DNA of 39,943 nt from Acidimicrobiia bacterium (GTDB lineage: Bacteria > Actinomycetota > Acidimicrobiia > Acidimicrobiales > SZUA-35). The stretch lies in assembly GCA_029861725.1 (NCBI GenBank), contig JAOTYQ010000001.1:1-39943 (forward strand), read 5' to 3'. Both the position numbers and the translations under genes were made by a program. Shown here piece by piece: positions 1 to 9,511 of this stretch. How positions within the stretch are numbered: the first letter of the stretch is position 1; the number at the start of each line of letters is the position of its first letter. The notes beneath the pieces are model-generated. The model did no database searches. It saw nothing but the letters and a program-made list of their open reading frames with translations, and was not told the origin of the DNA.

Positions 1-31
1 CCACCAAGACGCGTCACGGAATCGGGCACTC

Positions 32-916
32 GTGAAGATCCGTATCGCCGTCGCAAGCACCAACACCCCCGCTGAACGTGAGAGCCTCATCGAGCTGCTC
101 GACGGGCTGGAGAAACGCAGGTTCGACACGTTGTGGCTATCGGACACGCCGCTGGCCCCGGCGGTCGAACCGTTGCTGGCCCTGGCCATCGCGTCGGAGC
201 GCACCGAGCGGCTCAAGCTCGGAACCAACGTCGTCGTCCCGGGCCGCAATCCGCTGCACGTGGCCAAGGAGCTCGCCCATCTCGATCGCCTCAGCGGTGG
301 TCGCCTGCTGCTGGCCTTCATGCCAGGCATCGGGTCGCCGACCGAACGGGCCGCCCTCGGGGTGTCGGGGGTCGACCGCAGTGGCCGGATCGCACGGACG
401 ATCGAGCTGTGCCGGGCCTGGTGGTCGGGCGAGTCGGTGACAGCCGACATCGCCGGCTTCAGCTACGAGGGCGTGACGGTCGGTCCGAGGCCGATCCAGG
501 AGCCGCTCGAGATCTGGCTCGGTGGCAACGGGCCTCGCGGCCTGGACCTCACCGGCACCCACGGTGACGGGTGGCTCGCCTCCCGGGCGACGCCGGCACA
601 GGCCGAGGCGAACCGGCGGATCATCGAAGCGGCCGCCGCTCGCGCCGGCCGTACCATCGACGACGATCACTACGGGATCAGCATCCCGTACTCCCGGGCG
701 GAGCTCGACGACCGCACGGTGGCCGCGGTGATGCGGCGGACCGACGCCGAACGGCCCGACATCCTGCCCATCGGGCACGAGCAGCTCGGCCGGCTCCTGC
801 AGCGGCACATCGACGCCGGTCTCACCAAGTTCGTGCTCCGCCCGATGTCGCTCCTCGACGGGTGGGACGCCGAGCTCGACTACCTGGCCGAGTACGCCAT
901 CCCGTTTCAGAACTAG
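32..916 (+). CDS. Luciferase-like monooxygenase (LLM) family oxidoreductase, probably F420-dependent
   Basis: Complete ORF with a GTG start. The product carries LLM-family blocks (FDTLWLSD, LKLGTNVVVPGRNP, LDRLSGGRLLLAF, WLGGNGPRG). Coding-type GC3 bias. Confidence 0.8.
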   Translation: MKIRIAVASTNTPAERESLIELLDGLEKRRFDTLWLSDTPLAPAVEPLLALAIASERTERLKLGTNVVVPGRNPLHVAKELAHLDRLSGGRLLLAFMPGIGSPTERAALGVSGVDRSGRIARTIELCRAWWSGESVTADIAGFSYEGVTVGPRPIQEPLEIWLGGNGPRGLDLTGTHGDGWLASRATPAQAEANRRIIEAAAARAGRTIDDDHYGISIPYSRAELDDRTVAAVMRRTDAERPDILPIGHEQLGRLLQRHIDAGLTKFVLRPMSLLDGWDAELDYLAEYAIPFQN

Positions 917-1007
917 CGACAGCTGAGGCGTCAGGGCGGTGGTTGGTCTCGTTTTGGTTCGGTTGTGGGTGTCGCAGAGGATTTGGCCGTTGTGGAGGGC
1001 GGTTGGT

Positions 1008-1560
1008 CCGTGCCGCTTTCAGTGCTGGGGGGAAGGAGCGGAGGGTGCGGCCGAGGTCGAGGGTTTCCGACGGGGCTCGCAGCACGTGGCGGCGGAACGC
1101 GGCCAACGCCAGCAGGGCCAGGGCCGCTCTTGGATGTAGGGGGGTCCCGGGTCGAGGCGTTGGGATCGAGGTCGAGGGGTTCGGGGTCGCCGGTCTCACG
1201 CTGTAACAGCTCGGCCACGATGTGTTCGCCGAGCACGACATGAACCAGCGGTGCGGGCACGGTGCCGTCGGGGCGGGCTGCTCCTCGGCAGATGAGGTTG
1301 ATGAGGGCGTCGTGGCGGCGTTGGGTGGCGGTCCGCACGATCCCCTCTTCGCTGCAACGCCTCAACATGACGGCGCGACAACCGGCCCCCAGCGAACGCC
1401 GCCTCGATGACCGGGAACCGGCCCAGCCACGCCCCAAGCCCGACATCACGGGCCAACGGCCTTGGGGTTGGCCCCGGTGTGAGCGGCGATCACCGCGGCC
1501 ACGCTGCGGTTCCCGTCGGCCTCGACCACCCCCGACAACGCCGAGACGCAACCACCACAG
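1008..1560 (-). pseudogene. Decayed DUF222/13E12-type HNH-endonuclease family gene remnant
   Basis: Consecutive pieces of a DUF222-like protein lie in three different minus-strand frames: LGRFPVIEAAFAGGRLSRRHVEAL (about 1349..1456), RTATQRRHDALINLI..LVHVVLGEHIVAELL (about 1159..1356) and RRHVLRAPSETLDLGRTLRSFPPALKAA (about 1008..1130). The middle is shortened and no HNH nuclease motif follows. Confidence 0.55.
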
Positions 1561-1572
1561 CCCCGAAAGGCG

Positions 1573-2613
1573 CTACGAGTACCCGATCGAGAGCAGGTTC
1601 TCGACCGGGCGGTACAGCTCCTCGAGGTAGGCGACGTCGTCGGCCTCGAGCGTCAGGTCGCAGGCCTCGACGAGCTGATCGAGCTGGCTGATCTTGGAGA
1701 CTCCGACCACCGGGGCCGAGATCTCCGGCTTGTTCAACAGCCAGGCCAGCGCGACCTGGGCCGGCGTGGCCCCGATCCGGTCGGCCAGCTCGACGACCCG
1801 GTCGGCGATGGCAAAGTCCATCTCGCCCCGGTAGAGGCCCTCGGTCCGTACTCGGTCCTGGCCCGACGATCGGGAGGTCGTGCCGTCGTCGAAGCTCCCG
1901 CGGTAGGAACCGGCGAGGATGCCCCGGGCCAGCGGCGACCACGGCATGAGCGCCACCCCGGTCCGGGCGCAGTACGGATTCATCTCCCGCTCCTCCTCCC
2001 GGTAGATCAGGTTGTAGTGGTTCTGCATCGAGACGAACTGCGTCCAGCCGTGCATCTCGGCGGTGAGCTGGAGCTCGGCGAACTGCCAGGCGAACATCGA
2101 GGAGCCGCCGAGGTAGAGCACCTTGCCGGCCTTGACCACGTCGTGGAGAGCCTCGAGCGTCTCGGTGATCGGCGTCTCGACCTGTCCGGGGATCCCGTGG
2201 GGATGGCGGTGGATGACGAGCTGGTCGACGTAGTCGACCCCGAGTCGTCGGAGTGAGGCGTCGACTCCTTCCATGATGTGCTTGCGGGACAGCCCGCTCT
2301 GATTCGGACCTCGGCCCATCGGCATCGAGATCTTGGTGGCCAGCACGTACTCGTCGCGGGGCAACAGCTCCCGCAACAGGGCACCGACGACCTCCTCGCA
2401 TGCGCCCTGGCCGTAGGTGTCGGCGGTGTCGAAGTAGGAGAGGCCCCGCTCGATGGCCGCTTCGAAGATCGGACGAGCGTCGTCGATGCCGATCGTCCAG
2501 TCGCCCTGGTGGCCCCGACCGGGGATCCCGAAGTTCATCGTGCCAAGGCAGAGTTGCGAGACCTGGAGGCCGCAGTTCTGTCCGAGCTGGATCGGTTTCA
2601 GCATGTCTGCCAT
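1573..2613 (-). CDS. Aldo/keto reductase family oxidoreductase
   Basis: ORF 1573..2721, trimmed to Met37 (MADMLKPIQLGQNCGLQVSQLCLGTMNFG). AKR blocks present: FDTADTYGQG, ATKI, LRRLGVDYVDQLVIHR, VVGVSKISQLDQ. The upstream extension is Arg/Pro-rich and unlike AKRs. Confidence 0.9.
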   Translation of the reverse strand: MADMLKPIQLGQNCGLQVSQLCLGTMNFGIPGRGHQGDWTIGIDDARPIFEAAIERGLSYFDTADTYGQGACEEVVGALLRELLPRDEYVLATKISMPMGRGPNQSGLSRKHIMEGVDASLRRLGVDYVDQLVIHRHPHGIPGQVETPITETLEALHDVVKAGKVLYLGGSSMFAWQFAELQLTAEMHGWTQFVSMQNHYNLIYREEEREMNPYCARTGVALMPWSPLARGILAGSYRGSFDDGTTSRSSGQDRVRTEGLYRGEMDFAIADRVVELADRIGATPAQVALAWLLNKPEISAPVVGVSKISQLDQLVEACDLTLEADDVAYLEELYRPVENLLSIGYS

Positions 2614-2698
2614 CGGCGCGACCCTAGTTCTTCGGCTCGGCACCCGCCTCCGGCCCACCGGTCGCCAGCGGAGCTGGGCAGGAGTAGGTTCTCGTGCC
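2614..2698. promoter_or_regulatory. Divergent intergenic region (AKR <-> dienelactone hydrolase); must hold two promoters
   Basis: Inferred only from the divergent gene arrangement. No -35/-10 or operator motif recognised. Confidence 0.35.
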
Positions 2699-3448
2699 AT
2701 GGCACTAGCTGGAGAAGTCACCGACGCAAGCAGAGTTCGTACCGAAACGGTTCAGCTGGGAGAGATCGACGTGTACGTCGCCCATCCCACCGCCGACGGA
2801 CCTCACCCCGCGATCGTCGTGCTGGAGGAGGCGTTCGGGCGGGTCGAGCACATCGAAGACCTGTGTCGCCGGTTCGCCAACGCCGGGTTCGTCGCCGCCT
2901 CGCCCGAGCTGTACGCCCGGACCGGTGCGCCCGGTCACGATTTCGACGTCGTGCTCCCCGCGATGTTCGGTCTCCCCGACAGTCAGATCGTCGGCGACGT
3001 CGAAGCGGTCGCCGACTACGCCCGCGGCCTTGACGACACGACCGACGCTGTCGCCGTCACCGGCTTCTGCATGGGCGGCCGGGCGACCACCCTCACCGCG
3101 TTCTCCAGCGAACGGTTCGATGCCGCAATTCCCTGCTGGGGCGGGTTCATCAACAAGGCGACGTTCGAGGACGACACCACCGAGTCCCGTCCGGTCCCAC
3201 CGGCCCAGCTCGCCGGTAATCTGTCGTGTCCGATCTTCCTGGTGGGTGGGGCCGACGACGAGAACCCATCGCCGAGCGAGCTCCAGGCGCTGCAGGACGA
3301 GCTGGCCAGCGCCGACAAGGACGTGACGCTCAAGATCTACGACGGCGCCGGGCATGCGTTCCTGGCCGACTACCGCGACTCCTACAACGAGGAGAAGGCT
3401 CACGAGCTGTGGGACGACATGCTCGCCTTCCTCGCCGACAAGCTCTGA
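2699..3448 (+). CDS. Dienelactone hydrolase family protein
   Basis: ORF 2453..3448, trimmed to Met83 (MALAGEV...). DLH-like blocks: PAIVVLEEAFG, VAVTGFCMGG (nucleophile Cys elbow), YDGAGHAF. The part upstream of Met83 overlaps the divergent AKR gene. Confidence 0.85.
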   Translation: MALAGEVTDASRVRTETVQLGEIDVYVAHPTADGPHPAIVVLEEAFGRVEHIEDLCRRFANAGFVAASPELYARTGAPGHDFDVVLPAMFGLPDSQIVGDVEAVADYARGLDDTTDAVAVTGFCMGGRATTLTAFSSERFDAAIPCWGGFINKATFEDDTTESRPVPPAQLAGNLSCPIFLVGGADDENPSPSELQALQDELASADKDVTLKIYDGAGHAFLADYRDSYNEEKAHELWDDMLAFLADKL

Positions 3449-3528
3449 CAGCTCGAACGCAGCCCAGAGCTTCGACGCCTGCGCTCGCGCCAGCTAGCGT
3501 CGGGCGCAGAGCGATCGAAGGGGACACC

Positions 3529-3945
3529 GTGAGCGAGACCACCGATGTATCCGGGGCCATGACCGAGCTGCTCTGCCAGCACCTCCGTGATGCGGAGTTC
3601 GCCAACACCGGACGCCGCTCGTTCTTCGAGTACCGCGACACCGGCCTCGCCGCCGCCACCGACGGCGCCTACCGGGCGCAGGTCATGCGAGCCACCGATG
3701 TGATGGAGACGACTGGCTGGCACTATCACGTCTGCAACCTGCAGTTCGTGTACGTCCTGAAGGGCTGGGTCGACCTCGAGTTCGAGGGCGGCCGGGTCGA
3801 GCGGGTCGAGGCCGGTGGGGCGATGGCGATCCCGCCGGGGATGGTCCACAACGAACTGGCGGTATCGCCCGACTTCGAGGCGCTCGAAGTGGCCGTCCCG
3901 GCCGAGATGGACACGGTCCCGGTCGACGCCCCGTCGCCAGGCTGA
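3529..3945 (+). CDS. Cupin domain protein
   Basis: In-frame GTG at 3529 preceded by GAAGGGGA. An ATG at 3559 is an alternative start. Cupin-like core: GWHYHVCNLQFVYVLKGWVDLEFEGG...AIPPGMVHNE. Confidence 0.7.
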   Translation: MSETTDVSGAMTELLCQHLRDAEFANTGRRSFFEYRDTGLAAATDGAYRAQVMRATDVMETTGWHYHVCNLQFVYVLKGWVDLEFEGGRVERVEAGGAMAIPPGMVHNELAVSPDFEALEVAVPAEMDTVPVDAPSPG

Positions 3946-3981
3946 CCGGGCGCCCGGCCAGTACGACGAGGGGGAGCAGCG

Positions 3982-4884
3982 ATGCGTCTCGGGTTCATCG
4001 GTGTTGGCAACATGGGCGGACCGATGGCGAACCACGTGGTCGCCGCCGGCCACGACCTCGGTGTCTACGACGTCCGCCCGGCATCGGTCGAGCCGCTCGT
4101 CGAGGCAGGAGCGAGACGCTCCACCTCGGTGGCTGACGCCGCCGAGGGTGCCGAAGCGGTGCTGCTGTCGCTGCCGATGCCGAGTGATGTGGAGGAAGTG
4201 GTCGCCGGCGACGGTGGGCTGTTCGACGCCCTCGAGGCCGGAACGGCGATCCTCGATCTGACCACGAGCTCGCCGACCTTGAGCCGGGAGCTGGCCAACC
4301 TCGGCGTCGAACGGGGTATCTCGTTCCTCGACGCACCGGTTTCCGGTGGGGTCTACGGAGCCCGCAAGGGGACCCTGGCGGTCATGGTCGGTGGGCCCGA
4401 GGACGTGTTCGCGACCTATGAGCCAGTGCTGGCCTGCTTCGCCGCCAAGGTCGTGCGCTGTGGCGAGGTCGGGGCCGGCAACGTCGTCAAGATCGTCAAC
4501 AACATGCTGGCCTTCATCAACATGATGGGGGTCACCGAGGCCCTACTCCTCGGGGTCAAGGCCGGGGTCGATCCGCTCGTGCTCCGGGAGGTGATCCAGG
4601 CCAGCAGCGGAGCGAGCTTCGTGTGGGACAGCGGCACACGAGCGATCCTGCGGGACCGGCTCGGCCCGTCGTTCACCACCACCCTGGCCGGCAAGGACAT
4701 CGGCCTCGCCGTCGACCTCGCTCGCGAGCTCGACGTCCCGATCCCGATGGGGGAGCACACGCAGGGCATCCTGGCTTCCTACCGCGACAACGGCTTCGCC
4801 GAGGAAGACGTCTTGGCCACCATCCGGTCACTCGAAGGGCAGGCCGACTTCGTCGTCCGCGGTCTGGCCCCCGAAGCCGGCTGA
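3982..4884 (+). CDS. NAD(P)-dependent beta-hydroxyacid dehydrogenase (3-hydroxyisobutyrate/6-phosphogluconate dehydrogenase-like family)
   Basis: N-terminal Rossmann motif MRLGFIGVGNMGGPMA. Also DAPVSGG, GAGNVVKIVNNML and a GAGGGGGA-type RBS upstream. Confidence 0.85.
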   Translation: MRLGFIGVGNMGGPMANHVVAAGHDLGVYDVRPASVEPLVEAGARRSTSVADAAEGAEAVLLSLPMPSDVEEVVAGDGGLFDALEAGTAILDLTTSSPTLSRELANLGVERGISFLDAPVSGGVYGARKGTLAVMVGGPEDVFATYEPVLACFAAKVVRCGEVGAGNVVKIVNNMLAFINMMGVTEALLLGVKAGVDPLVLREVIQASSGASFVWDSGTRAILRDRLGPSFTTTLAGKDIGLAVDLARELDVPIPMGEHTQGILASYRDNGFAEEDVLATIRSLEGQADFVVRGLAPEAG

Positions 4885-4977
4885 CCGCCGGGCAACAGAG
4901 GACGGGCCGAGCGAGTTCGGACCTCGGGCGCGCTCCGATCTACGATTGACAACGCGGTAGAGCAAGGGGGACCTTCC

Positions 4978-6693
4978 ATGCACGATCTGGTCATACGCAA
5001 CGGCACAGTGGTCGACGGAACCGGCACCGAGGCCCGGACCGCCGACGTGGCGATCGACGGTGACCGCATCACCGTCGTCGGTGAGGTCGCCGACCGCGGC
5101 CGGGAGGAGATCGATGCCCAGGGGCTGCTCGTCACCCCCGGCTTCGTCGACATCCACACGCACTACGACGGCCAAGTGATCTGGGACCCGGCAATCACCC
5201 CGTCGTCATGGCACGGGGTGACGTCGATCGTGATGGGCAACTGCGGCGTCGGGTTCGCCCCCGTCCGTCCCGACCGCCACGAGTTCCTGATCAGCGTCAT
5301 GGAGGGCGTCGAGGACATTCCCGGTGCTGCGCTGTCCGAAGGCGTCGACTTCACCTGGGAGTCATTCCCGGAGTACCTCGACGCCATCGACGCCATCCCC
5401 CACGCCATCGACGTCGGGGCGCAGATGCCCCATTCGGCGCTCCGGGTCTACGTGATGGGCGACCGAGGCCGCGACCACGAAGAGGTCGCCACCGAAGCCG
5501 AGATCGCCCGCATGCGGGAGTTGACGGCCGAGGCGCTCGAAGCCGGGGCGCTCGGGTTCACGACGTCGCGGACGATCAACCATCGCGACAAGCAGGGCAA
5601 CCAGATCCCGACCCTCACCAACGCTCCCACCGAGCTGTGGGGCATCGCCGACGCCCTGGCCGAGAAGGGGTTCGGCCATTTGGAGATCGTCTCGGACTTC
5701 GTCGATCTCGACGCCGAGTTCGAGATCTTCGAGGGCATGGCCGACCATGCCGAGGCCCCGCTGTCGATCCTGCTGGCCCAGAGCGACCAGAGCCCGGACC
5801 GCTGGCGCAAGGTGCTCGACCGCATCCAGCAGGCCCGGGCCAACGGGTCGGATCTCACCGCCCAGGTGGCGATCCGCCCGATCAGCCTGCTGCTCGGCCT
5901 GCAGTCGTCGATGCACCCGTTCATCACCTGCCCTACCTACCGCCGGGAGCTGGCCGATCTCGAACTCGACGAGCGCGTGGCTCGGATGAGGGAGCCCGAC
6001 ATGCGGGCCACCCTGATCGAGGAGCACGCCAGCCGCACCCGGGGCATGTCTGGCATGGTGGCCCAGTCGTTCCACAAGATGTTTCCGCTCGGCGACCCGC
6101 CCGACTACGAGCCCGCCCCGGAGCACAGCGTGAAGGGACGGGCGGAAGCGGCCGGGATGGCCCCCGCCGAACTGGCCTACGACCTGCTGCTGGAGCGGGA
6201 TGGCCGGGAGCTCCTTCTCTTCCCGCTCGCCAACTTCAGCGATGGCAATCACGACGTGGTCCGGGAGATGAACCTGGCCGACGGCACCGTCCCGGGGTTG
6301 TCCGACGGCGGCGCCCACTGCGGGGTGATCTGCGATGCCAGCTTCCCGACCTACATGCTCACCCACTGGGCCCGCGACCGTGAACGGGGCGAGCGCCTGC
6401 CGCTCGAGCTCGTCGTGCAGCGCCAATGCCGCGACACGGCCCGCCAGGTCGGGCTCGAGGACCGCGGGACGCTGCAGCCGGGCATGCTCGCCGACGTGAA
6501 CGTGATCGACTTCGACGAGCTCACGCTCCGGGCGCCGGAGATGGCCTACGACCTTCCGGCCGGTGGGCGCCGGCTGATCCAGAAGGCCGACGGCTACCGG
6601 GCGACGATCAAGCGGGGCCAGGTCATCACCCGCGATGGTGAGCCAACCGGCTCGATGCCGGGCCAGCTGATCCGCGGTCCTCAAACCGCCTGA
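4978..6693 (+). CDS. N-acyl-D-amino-acid deacylase (D-aminoacylase) family amidohydrolase
   Basis: DLVIRNGTVVDGTG...DVAIDGDRI...GFVDIHTHYD is the typical N-terminus of this metal-dependent amidohydrolase subfamily. 571 aa. AGGGGGA RBS. Confidence 0.85.
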   Translation: MHDLVIRNGTVVDGTGTEARTADVAIDGDRITVVGEVADRGREEIDAQGLLVTPGFVDIHTHYDGQVIWDPAITPSSWHGVTSIVMGNCGVGFAPVRPDRHEFLISVMEGVEDIPGAALSEGVDFTWESFPEYLDAIDAIPHAIDVGAQMPHSALRVYVMGDRGRDHEEVATEAEIARMRELTAEALEAGALGFTTSRTINHRDKQGNQIPTLTNAPTELWGIADALAEKGFGHLEIVSDFVDLDAEFEIFEGMADHAEAPLSILLAQSDQSPDRWRKVLDRIQQARANGSDLTAQVAIRPISLLLGLQSSMHPFITCPTYRRELADLELDERVARMREPDMRATLIEEHASRTRGMSGMVAQSFHKMFPLGDPPDYEPAPEHSVKGRAEAAGMAPAELAYDLLLERDGRELLLFPLANFSDGNHDVVREMNLADGTVPGLSDGGAHCGVICDASFPTYMLTHWARDRERGERLPLELVVQRQCRDTARQVGLEDRGTLQPGMLADVNVIDFDELTLRAPEMAYDLPAGGRRLIQKADGYRATIKRGQVITRDGEPTGSMPGQLIRGPQTA

Positions 6694-6722
6694 CCCTCAG
6701 CCCGGGAGCCCGACCGCCGCGG

Positions 6723-8069
6723 TCAAGGGAACGGCTCGGGACCGGGTTCCGGCCCGCTGCTCTCGGGACTGGGGCGCTCACGAGGGGTGGGGTCGAGCGA
6801 GGGGCGGTACTCGGGTGCCGCCAGCGGCCGGAGCGCTCCGGCTCGGGCTTCGAGCCCGAGCCCTCGCAGCTCGGCGACGCCGTACTCGGTCACGACGGCG
6901 TCGGCCAGGTACGCGGGCAGGGTCGTCGGTCGCCCAGGATCGATCCGACCCACGATCCTGGATATCGAGCCCCCGGCTGCCGTCGAGCGCAAGGCGATGA
7001 TCGATCGGCCGCCCGCGCTCGCCGTGGCCGCCTGGGCGAAGTCCGGGGCGCCGCCGGGACCCGATACCCGCCCACCGGCGGAGACCTCGCTGTTGCACGA
7101 CCCGTCGAGCGCGACCTCCAGCGTCGACTGGAGCGACACGAACCGATCGAGTCCGGCGAGCACTCCAGCACCGTGGCTGACCGCCGCCGGTGCCATCGTC
7201 ACCGACCGGTTGCGGTCGACCCACGACGTGAGGGTCGGGGTGCTCACCAGCTCGGCGGTGACCATCGCGCCCTCCACTGCACCCGAGGTGTGCAGGGCGA
7301 CGCAGGCATCGCTGACCATGCCGCTGTGGACCCGCAAGCGGCGACGGTCCCGAAGCTCGCCGAGGATGGCGTCGGGCAGGGCGCCGAGACCGAACTGGAT
7401 CGTCGCCCCATCCGGCACGAGGCCGGCGGCCAGCGACGCGATCCCTCGGCCGACCTCGTCAGCGGCCGAGGCCGGCCGGGCCTCGAGCACCGGCTCGTCG
7501 TGCTCGACCAGGAAGTCGACCTCGTCGACTGGCAGCTCGGATGCCCCGTAGGTGTAGGGCATCGAGGCGCTGACCTGGGCTATCACCAGCGGCGCCGACC
7601 GGACCACGTCGGCCGACAACCCGGCCGACAGTCCCAGGCTGACCTTCCCGTCGATCACCCGTGAGACCGTCACAAGCGCCACGTCGCATCCGAGCGCGCC
7701 GTCGGGGCGGAACAGGAGCGCGCCGTCGGAGTAGCGGAACGGCACCACCTCGACGGCGCCGGTGGCCCAAAGGTACTTCAGGGCGGCCGAGGCCTGCAGG
7801 GTCAGGAACCGGAACGGCTCGCCGGGATGGTCGAACGGAGCGGGCCTGGTCATCATCCACGGCATGACGAGGTCGAGGCGCTCCCACCGCTGCCGTCCCT
7901 CGGCCAGCGCGTCGCAGAGGTGGCGCGGTGTTGTCGCCCCTCCGGCGAGGTAGACCCGGGCACCGTCGGGAATGGCCGACACGGCCATAGCGGCGTCGAC
8001 CCAGCGCGACCCCCGTCGGCCGTACCCGGGGTGGATCGGGCCGAAGACGTCGAGATCGGTGTCGCTCAC
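6723..8069 (-). CDS. Acetyl-CoA hydrolase/transferase family protein
   Basis: GTG start. AIPDGARVYLAGGATTPRHLCDAL at the N-terminus and GGAPDF plus TEYGVAELRG near the C-terminus resemble this family. Pro-rich C-terminal tail. Confidence 0.75.
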   Translation of the reverse strand: MSDTDLDVFGPIHPGYGRRGSRWVDAAMAVSAIPDGARVYLAGGATTPRHLCDALAEGRQRWERLDLVMPWMMTRPAPFDHPGEPFRFLTLQASAALKYLWATGAVEVVPFRYSDGALLFRPDGALGCDVALVTVSRVIDGKVSLGLSAGLSADVVRSAPLVIAQVSASMPYTYGASELPVDEVDFLVEHDEPVLEARPASAADEVGRGIASLAAGLVPDGATIQFGLGALPDAILGELRDRRRLRVHSGMVSDACVALHTSGAVEGAMVTAELVSTPTLTSWVDRNRSVTMAPAAVSHGAGVLAGLDRFVSLQSTLEVALDGSCNSEVSAGGRVSGPGGAPDFAQAATASAGGRSIIALRSTAAGGSISRIVGRIDPGRPTTLPAYLADAVVTEYGVAELRGLGLEARAGALRPLAAPEYRPSLDPTPRERPSPESSGPEPGPEPFP

Positions 8070-8106
8070 GGCGACGGCGCGGACATGGCGGGGGTCGGTC
8101 GTCGTT

Positions 8107-9420
8107 TCACCCTGCCGCCTGGGGAACGTCTTCGGCGTCGGTCGCCGATGTCACGACGCCGACGGCCGGCCGCCCGGTCGGTGCAGGGCCCGGTTCGGCG
8201 GGGGGCTCGGGCTCGCGGCGGATGCGAACCCAGCTCAGCCCGACGGCGGCGGTGACGACGGTGGCCACGACACCGACGACGGCGAGCGTCTGGCGCACCC
8301 CGATGGCGTCAGCGAGCAGTCCCCACAGCGGGGCCAAGAGCGCTTGTGAGCCGAAGGCCATCATCGCCAACGACATCACCCGGCCGTGATAGGCCCGGTC
8401 GGCGCCCGACATCAGCAGGGCGGTGCTCACCAGCATGAATCCGGAACGCCCGATGCCGATCGGCACTCCGGCTACGATCACGAGGGCGTAGGTCGGGGCG
8501 ATCGACAGGATCAGGAAGCCACCGGCCATCACGAAGCCCATCGCGAGCAGCGCCGGCCACGACCAGCGCGTCACAACGATGCCGGCCAGCGGCACGCTGA
8601 CGGCCAGGCCGGCGACCGCCATCGCCAGGAAGATCGGCCCGACCTCGGTGGGTTGCCGCCCGAGCTCCTCGTCGAGGAGACCGGGTAGGAGAGTCTGGAA
8701 TGCGAAGCCGCAGACCACAACGCCGACGAACCCGAGCCACAACGTCCTCAACCGGGGAACTCCCCACGCATAGGCGAGCCCAGCCATCAGCTCCGAGCGG
8801 ATCGGCCGGCGCTCTTTCGCCGAGGCCGGGGTGCTCGGTAGGAGCGAGGTCAGCGGCAGGACGACGACGAAGAGCGACGCCATGAACAGGTAGGCCCCGC
8901 CGATGTCGAGCACGGTGCCGACCAGCAGGGCGATGAACAGCGGCGCCGCAACCTGCGACATGTTCTGGGCGATCCCCTGGAGGGCGATCGCGTTCGGGAG
9001 CGTGTCGCGAGGCACCAGCTCCCCGACCCACGCCTGGCGAGCCGGTCCCATGAAGGCGAAGCCCAGACCCATGATCAGCGTGGCCAGCGTCAGCAACGGC
9101 ACCGTGATCAGGTCGGTCTGGATCAAGACACCGGTGGCCAGGATGACCAGCGCCGGGACGATCTGCCCGGCGAGCACCAGCGGCTTCTTGGCGACCCGGT
9201 CGGCGATCACCCCGCCGATCGGGGCCACGGCGAACATCCCGATCCCCGACCCCATCTGGGCGAGCCCCGCCGCTGCGTTGCTCCCGGTGATCTCGAAGGC
9301 GACGCTCGGGACCAGCATGAACGACATCATGAACGCCGTCGTCGCCAGCAGGGACCCCGACCACAGCATCCGGTAGTCGCGGTGCTGCAGTGCGGCAAAC
9401 GTGCCCCTGAACAACGGCAT
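8107..9420 (-). CDS. MFS transporter
   Basis: ORF 8107..9597, trimmed to Met60 (MPLFRGTFAALQHRDYRMLWSGSLL...). Hydrophobic throughout with about 12 predicted helices. The extension overlaps the divergent ABC gene. Confidence 0.85.
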   Translation of the reverse strand: MPLFRGTFAALQHRDYRMLWSGSLLATTAFMMSFMLVPSVAFEITGSNAAAGLAQMGSGIGMFAVAPIGGVIADRVAKKPLVLAGQIVPALVILATGVLIQTDLITVPLLTLATLIMGLGFAFMGPARQAWVGELVPRDTLPNAIALQGIAQNMSQVAAPLFIALLVGTVLDIGGAYLFMASLFVVVLPLTSLLPSTPASAKERRPIRSELMAGLAYAWGVPRLRTLWLGFVGVVVCGFAFQTLLPGLLDEELGRQPTEVGPIFLAMAVAGLAVSVPLAGIVVTRWSWPALLAMGFVMAGGFLILSIAPTYALVIVAGVPIGIGRSGFMLVSTALLMSGADRAYHGRVMSLAMMAFGSQALLAPLWGLLADAIGVRQTLAVVGVVATVVTAAVGLSWVRIRREPEPPAEPGPAPTGRPAVGVVTSATDAEDVPQAAG

Positions 9421-9511
9421 CGCACTCAGCGTAGGACTCGCCGCGGTTTGGGGACAGCTGAGGTGACGGAGTGCCCTACCGCCGCCCGGCCGCCGGCCCG
9501 ACGGTGGAGAG
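9421..9511. promoter_or_regulatory. Divergent intergenic region (MFS <-> ABC ATPase)
   Basis: Inferred from the divergent arrangement only. Confidence 0.35.

Noticed and set aside
4946-4951. Perfect TTGACA hexamer 27 nt upstream of the D-aminoacylase start
   Set aside because: No acceptable TANNNT -10 element lies at 16-18 nt spacing. It would also leave almost no leader before the RBS. I did not call it as a promoter.
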